From assembly GCA_035542535.1 (NCBI GenBank), contig DATKLG010000004.1:20672-84671 (forward strand): a DNA stretch of 64,000 bases. Direction: 5' to 3'. Both the position numbers and the translations under genes were made by a program. The notes below the pieces were generated by a model. It was not told the DNA's origin and did no database searches. It saw only the letters and a list, made by a program, of their open reading frames with translations. Shown in pieces: positions 1 to 8,544 of this stretch (the stretch's first letter is position 1; every line of letters begins with the position of its first letter). This stretch comes from Steroidobacteraceae bacterium (lineage in GTDB: Bacteria; Pseudomonadota; Gammaproteobacteria; Steroidobacterales; Steroidobacteraceae).

Positions 1-1
1 C

Positions 2-709
2 ACCCGCAACGACGTCGTGCTCGCGCTGTCGAACTCCGGGGAGACACCCGAGGTCGTCGCGCTGCTGCCGGCGCTCAAGCGCCTCGGCGTGCCGCTCATC
101 GTCATGACCGGAAAAGCCGACTCCACGCTCGCGCAGGCCGCAACGGTCGCGCTCGATGCGGCGGTGGAGGAAGAGGCCTGTCCGCTCAACCTGGCGCCGA
201 CGGCGAGCACTACCGTCACCCTCGCCCTGGGAGATGCGCTCGCGGTCGCGGTGCTCGAGGCGCGCGGCTTCACCGCCCAGGACTTCGCCCGCTCGCACCC
301 GGGAGGCGCCCTCGGCCGCCAGCTGCTGCTGCACGTCGAGGATCTGATGCGCACCGGAGCGGCCCTGCCGCGGGTACTGCCCACGGCACCCTTGAGCGCG
401 GGGCTGCTCGAGATGTCGGCCAAGGGTCTGGGACTCGCCGTCGTGGTCGACGCCGACGAGCGGATCCTCGGCGTCTTCACCGACGGCGATCTGCGCCGCA
501 CGCTCGAGTCGCGCATCGACGTACACGCCACCACCATGGGTGCGGTCATGACGCCGCGACCGAAGACCATCGGGCCGCGGGAGCTCGCCGCCGAGGCCGT
601 GCATCTCATGGAGCTGTATCGCATCACCGCGCTCCCGGTGGCGGACTCGGCCGGCCGCCTGGTCGGGGCGCTCAACGTGCACGACCTGTTCCGCGCGCGC
701 GTCATGTGA
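2..709 (+). CDS. kdsD: arabinose-5-phosphate isomerase KdsD (5' end outside window)
   Basis: The frame is open to the window edge. The end of the SIS domain (VVLALSNSGETPEVVALLP) is followed by two CBS repeats (VVVDADERILGVFTDGDLRR, ALPVADSAGRLVGALNVHDL). The stop overlaps the next start (GTGA at 706-709). Order is the canonical kdsD-kdsC-lptC-lptA-lptB. Confidence 0.9.
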   Translation, partial: TRNDVVLALSNSGETPEVVALLPALKRLGVPLIVMTGKADSTLAQAATVALDAAVEEEACPLNLAPTASTTVTLALGDALAVAVLEARGFTAQDFARSHPGGALGRQLLLHVEDLMRTGAALPRVLPTAPLSAGLLEMSAKGLGLAVVVDADERILGVFTDGDLRRTLESRIDVHATTMGAVMTPRPKTIGPRELAAEAVHLMELYRITALPVADSAGRLVGALNVHDLFRARVM

Positions 710-1218
710 GGCGCGCGGGAGTGCGCACGAGGCACGCCATTCGGCTGTTGGTGCTCGACGTGGACGGAGTGCTGACGGACGGGCGCCTGTACTTCGGACC
801 ACGTGGCGAGGCGCTCAAGGTGTTCGACGTGCGCGACGGCTACGGGCTGGTTGCCCTGCGACGCGCCGGCGTCGAGGTTGCCGTGATCTCCGGCCGGCGC
901 TCCGCTGCCGTCAGCGCCCGCTGTCGCGAGCTCAGGGTCCGGCACGTCCACCAGGGTGTCGCCGACAAGCTCGCCGTGTTCGAGCGGCTGCGCGCGCGGC
1001 TCAACCTCACGCACAGTGCCTGTGCCTGTGTGGGAGATGACCTGCCGGACCTCGCGCTCATGAAGGCGGTCGCGCTCAGCTTTGCGGTCGCGGATGCGCA
1101 CCCGCAGGTGCGGCGCGCGGCGGGGGTCGTCACCCGCGAGCGCGGCGGCCGCGGTGCGGTACGCGAGGTGTGCGACCTGCTGCTGGCGCGGCCCGCACGC
1201 GTGAGGCGCCCGCGGTGA
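706..1218 (+). CDS. kdsC: 3-deoxy-D-manno-octulosonate-8-phosphate phosphatase KdsC
   Basis: 170 aa with HAD motifs LLVLDVDGVLTDG and CVGDDLPD. It lies between kdsD and lptC. Confidence 0.9.
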   Translation: MRRAGVRTRHAIRLLVLDVDGVLTDGRLYFGPRGEALKVFDVRDGYGLVALRRAGVEVAVISGRRSAAVSARCRELRVRHVHQGVADKLAVFERLRARLNLTHSACACVGDDLPDLALMKAVALSFAVADAHPQVRRAAGVVTRERGGRGAVREVCDLLLARPARVRRPR

Positions 1219-1775
1219 TCTACCGCCTGATGGCAGTGCTGGCGGTGGTGGCACTGGTCGTGGGCCTCGTCGTGCTGTCGGGAGGAAGCCGCGAAGCCGC
1301 CGCGCCGAGTGCGAGCGGTGCGCCGGTCCACGACGCCGGATATGCGGCGCTCAACGCCCGCCTGGTGCAGACGGGCGCGGACGGTCAGCCGCTCTACTCC
1401 CTCGATGCCGCGCGCATCAGCCAGCGACCCGACGACGCCACGGTCCGGATGACGCAGGTGCAGATGGGCTTTCGCGCCACCGGCGGGGAGCAGTGGACGG
1501 CGCGCGCCGAACGCGGTGAGCTCGGCCAGGACACCGGCGTCGTACAGCTCGACGGCAACGTGCACCTCTCCGGGCTCCTCCCCGGAACGGAGGATCGGGC
1601 CGAGATCACCACCGAGCACCTGGCCTTCGACACGCGCGCACAGGTCGCGAGCACCTCCGAGCCGGTGACGCTCACCATGTCGGGCCGCCAGCTCGAGGCC
1701 CACGGGCTGGTGGCGCGCTTGAAGGAGGGTCAAGTGCAGCTAGAATCCGCCGTACATGGCTCGTATAAGCCGTAA
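1215..1775 (+). CDS. lptC: LPS export protein LptC
   Basis: A single N-terminal TM segment (MAVLAVVALVVGLVVL) is followed by a ~160-aa periplasmic domain, in the position between kdsC and lptA. The start is uncertain: GTG 1215 (GTGA overlap with the kdsC stop) or ATG 1230. The track start at 1170 lies inside kdsC. Confidence 0.75.
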   Translation: MIYRLMAVLAVVALVVGLVVLSGGSREAAAPSASGAPVHDAGYAALNARLVQTGADGQPLYSLDAARISQRPDDATVRMTQVQMGFRATGGEQWTARAERGELGQDTGVVQLDGNVHLSGLLPGTEDRAEITTEHLAFDTRAQVASTSEPVTLTMSGRQLEAHGLVARLKEGQVQLESAVHGSYKP

Positions 1776-2460
1776 CTCGGCCCTGTGCCTGCTCGGCCTC
1801 GGGCTGCTGACGGCGACGGCCCTCCCGGCGTCGGCGGCGCTGCCCGACTTCAGTGGCTTGCCCGTGCAGGTCGACGCCGCCTCCTCGGAAGTCGACTACA
1901 AGAGCAATACCGTGGTGTTCAAGGACGTCGTCATCTCCCAGGGCGACATGCGCGTCTCGGCCGAGCACGCGCGTGCGACCGGACTCAACTTCGCGAGCAG
2001 CCGCTGGAACTTCGAGGGCAACGTGCACATCGACGCCGAGCAGCGCGGCAGCCTGCGCTCCGACCAGGCGGTCGTCGAGTTCAAGGACGGTCACATCGCG
2101 CGCGCCACGATCACCGGCAAGCCGGCCGAGTTCGAGCAGAAGCGCGCCAACTCCGTAGCGCGCGGTCACGCGGACCAGATCTTCTACGACGTGAACGACG
2201 GCACCGTGCGCCTCACCGACGAGGCCTGGCTCTCGGACGGGCAGAACGAGATCTCAGGTCCCCTGCTCGTCTACAACATCCGCGAGCAGCGGGTGCAGGC
2301 GGCCGCCTCGACCGGGGGAGCAGCCGACACCGATCAGCGCGTCCACATCAGCATCGCGCCGCACCCGGGCAAGCCCGAGCCGGCAAAGCCCGAGACGGAG
2401 CCGGCGAAGCCCGCGCCGAAGCCGCCGGTCCCGCCGCCGGACTCCCCGCCGAAGTCATGA
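1756..2460 (+). CDS. lptA: LPS transport periplasmic protein LptA (OstA-like), with Pro/Lys-rich C-terminal tail
   Basis: Signal peptide [27 protein letters not shown] precedes an OstA-like core ([20 protein letters not shown] ... [20 protein letters not shown]). The tail is [25 protein letters not shown]. The gene lies immediately upstream of lptB. Confidence 0.85.
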   Translation: MARISRNSALCLLGLGLLTATALPASAALPDFSGLPVQVDAASSEVDYKSNTVVFKDVVISQGDMRVSAEHARATGLNFASSRWNFEGNVHIDAEQRGSLRSDQAVVEFKDGHIARATITGKPAEFEQKRANSVARGHADQIFYDVNDGTVRLTDEAWLSDGQNEISGPLLVYNIREQRVQAAASTGGAADTDQRVHISIAPHPGKPEPAKPETEPAKPAPKPPVPPPDSPPKS

Positions 2461-3182
2461 CGCTCCTTCGGGCCACGGGCCTGGCGAAGAGCTACAAGTC
2501 CCGCGCCGTGGTACGCGATCTGTCGCTCGAGCTCGCCAACGGCGAGGTCGTGGGCCTCCTCGGGCCCAACGGCGCCGGCAAGACCACTGCCTTCTACATG
2601 ATCGTCGGGCTCGTGCCCTGTGACGCCGGGCGCATTCAGCTCGGCGACACCGACGTCACGCTCCTGCCGATGCACCGCCGCGCGCAGCTCGGGCTCGGCT
2701 ACCTGCCGCAGGAGGCGTCGATCTTCCGCAAGCTCTCGGTCGAGGACAACGTGCTCGCCATCCTCGAGACGCGCGCGGACCTCGAGCGCGCGGCGCGCGA
2801 GGAGCGCCTCGAGCAGCTGCTCGAGGAGCTGCGGATCGGGCACGTGCGGCGCACCCTCGGCGTGTCGCTCTCCGGCGGCGAGCGGCGGCGGGTGGAGATT
2901 GCGCGCGCGCTCGCCGCCGAGCCGCGCTTCATGCTGCTCGATGAGCCCTTTGCCGGCGTCGACCCGCTCTCGGTGCTCGACATCCAGCGCATCATCCGCG
3001 AGCTCACGCAGCGCGGCATCGGCGTGCTGATCACTGACCATAATGTTCGCGAGACCCTCGGCGTGTGCAGCCGTGCGTACATCGTCAATCAGGGCACGGT
3101 CATTGCATCCGGAAGTGCCGAAGAAGTCCTTGCCAACAGCCAAGTGCGTGAGGTGTACTTGGGCGAGACGTTCCGGCTCTGA
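2457..3182 (+). CDS. lptB: LPS export ABC transporter ATPase LptB
   Basis: Walker [10 protein letters not shown], signature [15 protein letters not shown] and Walker [12 protein letters not shown] are present. ATG 2457 overlaps the lptA stop (ATGA). The track ORF 1785-3182 is a 5'-extended artefact in the same frame. Confidence 0.95.
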   Translation: MTLLRATGLAKSYKSRAVVRDLSLELANGEVVGLLGPNGAGKTTAFYMIVGLVPCDAGRIQLGDTDVTLLPMHRRAQLGLGYLPQEASIFRKLSVEDNVLAILETRADLERAAREERLEQLLEELRIGHVRRTLGVSLSGGERRRVEIARALAAEPRFMLLDEPFAGVDPLSVLDIQRIIRELTQRGIGVLITDHNVRETLGVCSRAYIVNQGTVIASGSAEEVLANSQVREVYLGETFRL

Positions 3183-3213
3183 GGCTGCTGTCGCGACCCA
3201 GACGTAAATAATT

Positions 3214-3242
3214 TTGACTTTCAATTAGTTACGAAATAGGAC
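3214..3242 (+). promoter_or_regulatory. possible sigma-70-type promoter in an AT-rich island upstream of rpoN
   Basis: The ~45-nt stretch 3201-3245 (gacgtaaataattttgactttcaattagttacgaaatagg) is strikingly AT-rich against ~70% GC surroundings. It contains TTGACT (3214-3219) and, 17 nt downstream, TAGGAC (3237-3242), which is a poor -10. Confidence 0.25.
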
Positions 3243-3279
3243 TCGAGGGCCAGGACGCCCCGCCCCCCCGTAAGCCACC

Positions 3280-4713
3280 ATGCTGAAACCCTCACTGCAG
3301 CTGAAGCTTGGTCAGCAACTGACCATGACGCCTCAGCTGCAGCAGGCCATCCGGCTGCTCCAGCTGCCGGCGCTCGAGCTGCAGGCGCATATCCGCGAGC
3401 TCCTCGAGAAGAACGTGATGCTCGAGCCTCTCGAGGAGAGCGAGAGCACGGGCACGTTCGAGGTCGTCGCCATAGCCGAGCCTCCTCCCCCGCGTGAGAG
3501 CGCGCGGGAGAGCACCGTCGAAGTACTGGACGAGCCGTGGAGCCAGCAGAACACGGGGCCGGCGGACACACCCTGGAGCGGCGACGACGAGGACCGCCAG
3601 CAGGAATACGCCGACGCGGCCGGGGAGTCGCTGCAGGATCATCTCCTGTGGCAGCTCGAGCTGGCGCGTCTCGCCCCGCGGGAGCTCGCGATCGCGAGCA
3701 CGATCGTGGACGCGATCAGCGACGACGGCTACCTCACCGAGTCGCTCGAGGAGATCGCGCAGACGCTGCGCCCCGAGGTCGAGTGCGCGGCCGAGGAGGT
3801 CCAGGCGGTGCTCGAGATGGTGCAGGCGCTCGACCCCGCGGGGGTGGGCGCGCGCTCGGTCGGCGAGTGCATCGAGCTGCAGCTGCGGCAGATCGATCCG
3901 GCTACCCCCGGCTTCCACACCGCCGTCAAGATCGCGCGCCAGCATCTCGAGCTGGTCGCCGACCGCGAGCTGTCGCTGCTGAAGCGCGAGCTGCGCACCA
4001 GCGAGGAGGAGATCGCCAGCGCGCTGGCGCTGGTGCGCTCGTGCCACCCGCGCCCGGGCTCGACCGTGAGCGCGGGCAACGCCCAGTACGTCGTTCCCGA
4101 CGTGTTCGTGCGCCGTACCGACCACGGCTGGGGCGTCGAGATCAACCCGGCGACGCTCCCGCGGGTGCGCCTCAACCAGGGCTACGCCAATCTCATCGGG
4201 CGCGCCGCCAGTCACGCCAGCATGCGCGCCCAGCTGCAGGAGGCGCGCTGGCTGCTGAAGAGCCTCGAGATCCGCAACGACACGCTCATCAAGGTGGCCC
4301 GCTCGATCGTCGAGCGCCAGACCGCCTTCCTCGAGCACGGCGATGAGCACATGCGCCCGATGATCCTGCGGGACATCGCCGAGGCGGTTGCGATGCACGA
4401 GTCCACCATCTCGCGCGTGACCTCGGGCAAGTACATGCACACCCCGCGCGGCGTGTTCGAGCTGCGCTATTTCTTCTCGAGCCAGGTCGAGGGAGCCGAT
4501 GGCTCCGGCACTTCCTCGACCGCCATCCGCGCCAAGATCCGCAAGCTCGTCAAGGACGAGGATCCGGAGAACCCGCTGAACGACGGCCGCATCGCGCAGC
4601 TCCTGTCGGGTGAGGGCATCTCCGTGGCACGCCGCACCGTCGCCAAGTACCGCGAGGCCATGGGGATCCCCGCCTCGGGCGAGCGGCGGCGCGCCGGCAC
4701 GCATCAGCTGTGA
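3280..4713 (+). CDS. rpoN: RNA polymerase sigma-54 factor RpoN
   Basis: 477 aa. The N-terminal Gln/Leu region I (MLKPSLQLKLGQQLTMTPQLQQAIRLLQL) and the C-terminal RpoN box (ISVARRTVAKYRE) are both present. Confidence 0.97.
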   Translation: MLKPSLQLKLGQQLTMTPQLQQAIRLLQLPALELQAHIRELLEKNVMLEPLEESESTGTFEVVAIAEPPPPRESARESTVEVLDEPWSQQNTGPADTPWSGDDEDRQQEYADAAGESLQDHLLWQLELARLAPRELAIASTIVDAISDDGYLTESLEEIAQTLRPEVECAAEEVQAVLEMVQALDPAGVGARSVGECIELQLRQIDPATPGFHTAVKIARQHLELVADRELSLLKRELRTSEEEIASALALVRSCHPRPGSTVSAGNAQYVVPDVFVRRTDHGWGVEINPATLPRVRLNQGYANLIGRAASHASMRAQLQEARWLLKSLEIRNDTLIKVARSIVERQTAFLEHGDEHMRPMILRDIAEAVAMHESTISRVTSGKYMHTPRGVFELRYFFSSQVEGADGSGTSSTAIRAKIRKLVKDEDPENPLNDGRIAQLLSGEGISVARRTVAKYREAMGIPASGERRRAGTHQL

Positions 4714-4760
4714 GCTCGGGCACTGATTACGATCGGCAGCAAACGCAAAGGAGACGGATC

Positions 4761-5081
4761 ATGCAGCTCAACGTCACCGGGCACCACGTCGAAGTCACAG
4801 CGTCGCTGCGCGGCTATGTCGCCAAGAAACTGCAGCGTATCGACCGGCATTTCGACCGCGTCATCGACGTGCACTGTGTGCTGACGGTGGAGAAGCTGCG
4901 ACAGAAGGCCGAGGCGACCCTGCACGTGAGCGGCAATGCCATCCACGCCCATGCGACCGAGGAGGACATGTACGCCGCCATCGACCTGCTGGCCGACAAG
5001 CTCGACCGCTCCATCAAGAAGCACAAGGAAAAGCGCGCCAGCACGCGCGTAGCACGCCCGGTGCGCCCGCCGCGCGCCTGA
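4761..5081 (+). CDS. hpf: ribosome hibernation promoting factor (short HPF/YhbH type)
   Basis: MQLNVTGHHVEVTASLRGYVAKKLQRIDRHFDRVIDVHCVL... is typical of sigma-54 modulation/HPF proteins. An AGGAGA SD lies 6-7 nt upstream of ATG 4761. The gene is directly downstream of rpoN. Confidence 0.9.
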   Translation: MQLNVTGHHVEVTASLRGYVAKKLQRIDRHFDRVIDVHCVLTVEKLRQKAEATLHVSGNAIHAHATEEDMYAAIDLLADKLDRSIKKHKEKRASTRVARPVRPPRA

Positions 5082-5115
5082 GCCCTGCAGCGCCGCGCTT
5101 GCGGCAGGCGCGGAG

Positions 5116-6033
5116 GTGGATGAACATACCCCCGTGCGCATCGTCATCCTGAGCGGCCTGTCCGGCTCCGGCAAGAGCGTGGCCCTGCACATGCTCGAGG
5201 ATCTGGGGTTCTACTGCATGGACAATATCCCCGCGGCGCTGCTCAAGCCTTTCATCTCCTACAGCGTGCGCAGCCCCGCGCCCACCTATGAGCGCATCGC
5301 GATCGGGCTCGATGCACGCAACACCGCGGCCGAGATCGCCAGCGTTCCGCAGCTGGTCGATGAGCTCAAGCGCAGCGGCCTCGAGGTCGAGGTGATCTTC
5401 CTCACCGCCGGCGAGGACGAGCTGCTGCGGCGCTTCGCCGAGACCCGGCGCCGTCATCCCCTGAGCCGCAGCGACGTGAGCCTGCGCGAGGCGATGACCC
5501 TCGAGCGCCGGCTGCTCGAGCCGGTGGTATCGGCGGCGGATCTGGTGATCGACACCTCGCGCATGGGCGTGCACGGGCTGCGCGACATCATCCACCAGCG
5601 CATCGAGCAGCGCGCCGCCGACCGCCTCTCGATCACCTTCGAGTCGTTCGGCTTCAGGGACGGCATTCCGGGGGATGCGGATTTCGTGTTCGACGCGCGC
5701 GCGCTGCCGAACCCCTACTGGGAGCCCGGGCTGCGCAACCTCACGGGGCGCGACCCCGAGGTGATGCGCTTCCTCGAGACGCATACGCACGTGGCGAAGC
5801 TGCTCGCGGACATCGCCCGCTTCGTGCGCGCGCGCGTGCCCGAATACCAGGCGAGCAACCGCGGTTACCTCACCGTCGCGGTCGGCTGTACCGGCGGACA
5901 GCACCGCTCGGTCTATATCGTCGAGCGGCTGGTCGAGGACTTCGCCGGCGAGTTTCCCAACGTCACCGCGCGCCACTGCGGCCTGCCCGACACCGCCATG
6001 TTCCGCGCGCGGCCGCGCGCGGCGGCCGGCTGA
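5116..6033 (+). CDS. rapZ: RNase adapter / nucleotide-binding protein RapZ (YhbJ)
   Basis: P-loop VILSGLSGSGKS is present, with RapZ-like sequence throughout (FYCMDNIPAALL, GFRDGIPGDADFVFDARALPNPYW, VAVGCTGGQHRSV). The start is GTG 5116 or GTG 5134. Confidence 0.9.
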   Translation: MDEHTPVRIVILSGLSGSGKSVALHMLEDLGFYCMDNIPAALLKPFISYSVRSPAPTYERIAIGLDARNTAAEIASVPQLVDELKRSGLEVEVIFLTAGEDELLRRFAETRRRHPLSRSDVSLREAMTLERRLLEPVVSAADLVIDTSRMGVHGLRDIIHQRIEQRAADRLSITFESFGFRDGIPGDADFVFDARALPNPYWEPGLRNLTGRDPEVMRFLETHTHVAKLLADIARFVRARVPEYQASNRGYLTVAVGCTGGQHRSVYIVERLVEDFAGEFPNVTARHCGLPDTAMFRARPRAAAG

Positions 6034-6035
6034 TC

Positions 6036-7217
6036 TTACACAGGCCTCAGGAAGCCGATCTCCACCAGCTTCTGCGCCAGCGAGAGCCGCACCTCGTCGC
6101 CGATCTCGCCCGGAACGTCCCGCACCCTGAAACGCGGCGTATTCACCATGTGCAGCAGCGCCTGCTCCGTGCCGCGGTGGATGTAGAGGTGTCCGCCCGG
6201 ATGACTGAAATCGATCTTTTCGGCATTGGCGGTCAGATGGCAGAACGCCACCTCGCTGTGCGTGAGCTCGGAGTCCAGAGCGAGCGCGGGAGAGGGCTGC
6301 ACCGCCGCCGGCAGCGCCGCGAGGCTCGCCACCACGCGCGATGAGCGGCGCTGCAGCGCCGCGGCCAGGAACCCCGGCGTGCGGCACGCCTCGCGCAGCC
6401 GCTCGAGGCCGTCCAGCACCGGCCCCGCAAGCCGCTCGAGTCCCACACCCCGCACGTGGTAGGCGAGGCGCCCGCCCACCGTGGTGCGCAGCGCCCGATC
6501 GACGTCCGAGAGCTGATCGAGCGCGGCAATCAGCGCCTCGCGCACCGTGAGCGGGGTGAAGCCGATCGAGAGGTGCAGCGACTCGGCGGTGGAGTCGACG
6601 CTGTGCAGCGTGCCGCGCGGCAGATACACGAGGTCCCCGGGGCTCACGTCGAAGGTCGTATGAGCTCCGAGCTCTTCCCTTTCGGGCGGGATGCCCCTCC
6701 AGGTGTTGGGAAGCTCGGAGCTGTTGGCCACGTACCAGCGCTTCTCTCCCAGCAGCTGCACGACGATGAGGTCATGGTCGTCGTAGTGCACCGGCGCGCG
6801 CATGCCGCTCATGCTCCAGAACGCCGAGGTCGTCACCGGCTGATGCAGCATGAGCTCGAGCGCGCGCGCCAGCCGGTCGAGCTCCGGCCACAACGGGCGC
6901 AGCTCCGGAAAACGCACCGAGTAGTTGCGCGCATGGAACTCAGCGAGGCGCGCGCCGAAGTCGGCCGCATCGCGTACCGCCGCGAGGGATGGCGGGGGAC
7001 CCAGCGGGTTCGCCGAATGGAAGGTGAGCTTGGGTGCCAGCTGAAAGGCCGCCCGCAGCACCGCGCGCGGGTCCGGGCCGAGGAGCGTCGTGCGCGGCGC
7101 GTCGGCCCCGCCCGGTACCCGTTGAAAGCCGCCGCTCAGGGTCTTGTCGAGGAACTCATCGAGCGTGAGGGGCGCGAGGAGCTGCTGCAGCAGGCGCTGG
7201 GCGTCGGTGAACAGCAT
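6036..7217 (-). CDS. JmjC/cupin-4 family Fe(II)/2-oxoglutarate oxygenase (RoxA/YcfD-like, putative)
   Basis: It has the HxD...H facial triad context (RAPVHYDDHDLIVVQLLGEKRWYV ... DLVYLPRGTLHSV) and a size (~393 aa) similar to bacterial ribosomal oxygenases. ATG 7217 (MLFTDAQ) is preferred over the track start at 7256. Confidence 0.6.
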   Translation of the reverse strand: MLFTDAQRLLQQLLAPLTLDEFLDKTLSGGFQRVPGGADAPRTTLLGPDPRAVLRAAFQLAPKLTFHSANPLGPPPSLAAVRDAADFGARLAEFHARNYSVRFPELRPLWPELDRLARALELMLHQPVTTSAFWSMSGMRAPVHYDDHDLIVVQLLGEKRWYVANSSELPNTWRGIPPEREELGAHTTFDVSPGDLVYLPRGTLHSVDSTAESLHLSIGFTPLTVREALIAALDQLSDVDRALRTTVGGRLAYHVRGVGLERLAGPVLDGLERLREACRTPGFLAAALQRRSSRVVASLAALPAAVQPSPALALDSELTHSEVAFCHLTANAEKIDFSHPGGHLYIHRGTEQALLHMVNTPRFRVRDVPGEIGDEVRLSLAQKLVEIGFLRPV

Positions 7218-7236
7218 GCCGCAGATTGTCGGGGGC

Positions 7237-8439
7237 TCAGGTCGCCTGCGCAACACTGGCTGCGGTCAGCACCGCCGGCAGCCGTGCACCGCTCATGAAG
7301 GCCACGAGCGCGCCGCGCGCCTCCATGGCATCGCGATAGCCGAGCTCGATGAGCGCGCGCGTGTAGCCGGCCTCGAAGATCAGATAGCTCGCGAGCTGCG
7401 ACCCGGAGGCGTCGCGCCCGCCGATGACCCGCAGCAGCGCCCGCAGCCCGCGCGGTATCTCGGCCACGTGCCGCGCGGCGATCTCGCGCGGGTCGACGCT
7501 CGGGGCGAGCATCAGCGTCTCGACGTGGCGCTCGCCACGCACTGCCTCGGGGGCACTCTCCACCAGCGTGTTGATGCGCTCGAGCTGCTCGAGGTCGCCG
7601 TAGATCTGGTCGGTGAACAGCGTGTCGAGCATGTAGCCGAAGATCTCGCCCGGCGTCGGCATGGCCGGCTGCAGCCGGTTGACGGTGACGCCGGCGGCGC
7701 GCCGGGCCCGCACGCCGATGATCAGGAGGCGATCGGCGCCGAGATGAATCGCCGGACTCAGCGGGTTCAGCTGGCGCATGGCGCCGTCGCCGAAATATTC
7801 GCCGTCGATGCTCATCGGCGGGAACAGCAGCGGAATCGCCACGCTCGCCATGAGGTGGTCGAGCGTGAACTCGCAGCGGCGTCCGACGCGCTGCGCGCGC
7901 GACCAGTCGCGGATCGACTCGACGCCGTCGAAGAACGCCACCGACTGGCCGCTGGCGTAACTGGTCGAGCACAGCGCAAAGGCGTGCAGGTGTCCGCGCG
8001 CGATGCTGCGCCGGATGCCGTCGCAGTCGACGTGGCGGTCGAGGAGCTCGCGCAGCGGTGTGTTGTCGAGCATCGACTTCGGCGGCGAGAGCACCAGCCC
8101 GCCCGACATGAGCGCGAGCACCCAGTGCGCGCCGGCGCGCAGCATGTGCGGCGCGTCGACGTGGAAGACCTGGCCGGAGCGGAAGTTGGCCCAGACGCGC
8201 TCGAGGCCGGCGACCGCCCGGCGCCAGCGGTGCGCCTCCGCGGCAAGCACGCTGGCCGCGACCGCGCCGGCGGAGGTCCCCACGATGACCTGGAACGGGT
8301 TGCGCGAGCGCGGCAGCAGCTCGGCGAGCGCGAGCAGCACCCCCACCTGATACGCCGAGCGGGCGCCGCCGCCCGTCAGCACCAGGCCGACGGTCGGCCG
8401 CCCGGCCGGCCAGAAGCCCGTTTCGCTGAAGCCGTCCAT
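7237..8439 (-). CDS. patatin-like phospholipase family protein
   Basis: It has the oxyanion motif LTGGGARSAYQVG, the nucleophile elbow VGTSAGAV (GxSxG) and the catalytic Asp motif FGDGAM. Length is 400 aa. Confidence 0.85.
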   Translation of the reverse strand: MDGFSETGFWPAGRPTVGLVLTGGGARSAYQVGVLLALAELLPRSRNPFQVIVGTSAGAVAASVLAAEAHRWRRAVAGLERVWANFRSGQVFHVDAPHMLRAGAHWVLALMSGGLVLSPPKSMLDNTPLRELLDRHVDCDGIRRSIARGHLHAFALCSTSYASGQSVAFFDGVESIRDWSRAQRVGRRCEFTLDHLMASVAIPLLFPPMSIDGEYFGDGAMRQLNPLSPAIHLGADRLLIIGVRARRAAGVTVNRLQPAMPTPGEIFGYMLDTLFTDQIYGDLEQLERINTLVESAPEAVRGERHVETLMLAPSVDPREIAARHVAEIPRGLRALLRVIGGRDASGSQLASYLIFEAGYTRALIELGYRDAMEARGALVAFMSGARLPAVLTAASVAQAT

Positions 8440-8544
8440 TGGTGATCTATCCGAGGCCTATTATGAAACCTGCCTCCCTGTACCCCGTGTGACGGGCGTC
8501 GCGCCGGCGGCTTCTCCGGACGCCGACGGCGTCACCCCGCGAGG

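Noticed and set aside
7237-8439. Patatin-like phospholipase as a possible CBASS or other anti-phage effector
   Set aside because: No cyclase/CD-NTase, SMODS, SAVED, E1/E2/JAB, STING or other sensor gene is adjacent. Its neighbours are an acylase and a JmjC oxygenase behind a glycolytic operon, and GC looks native. Nothing supports a defence-island context.
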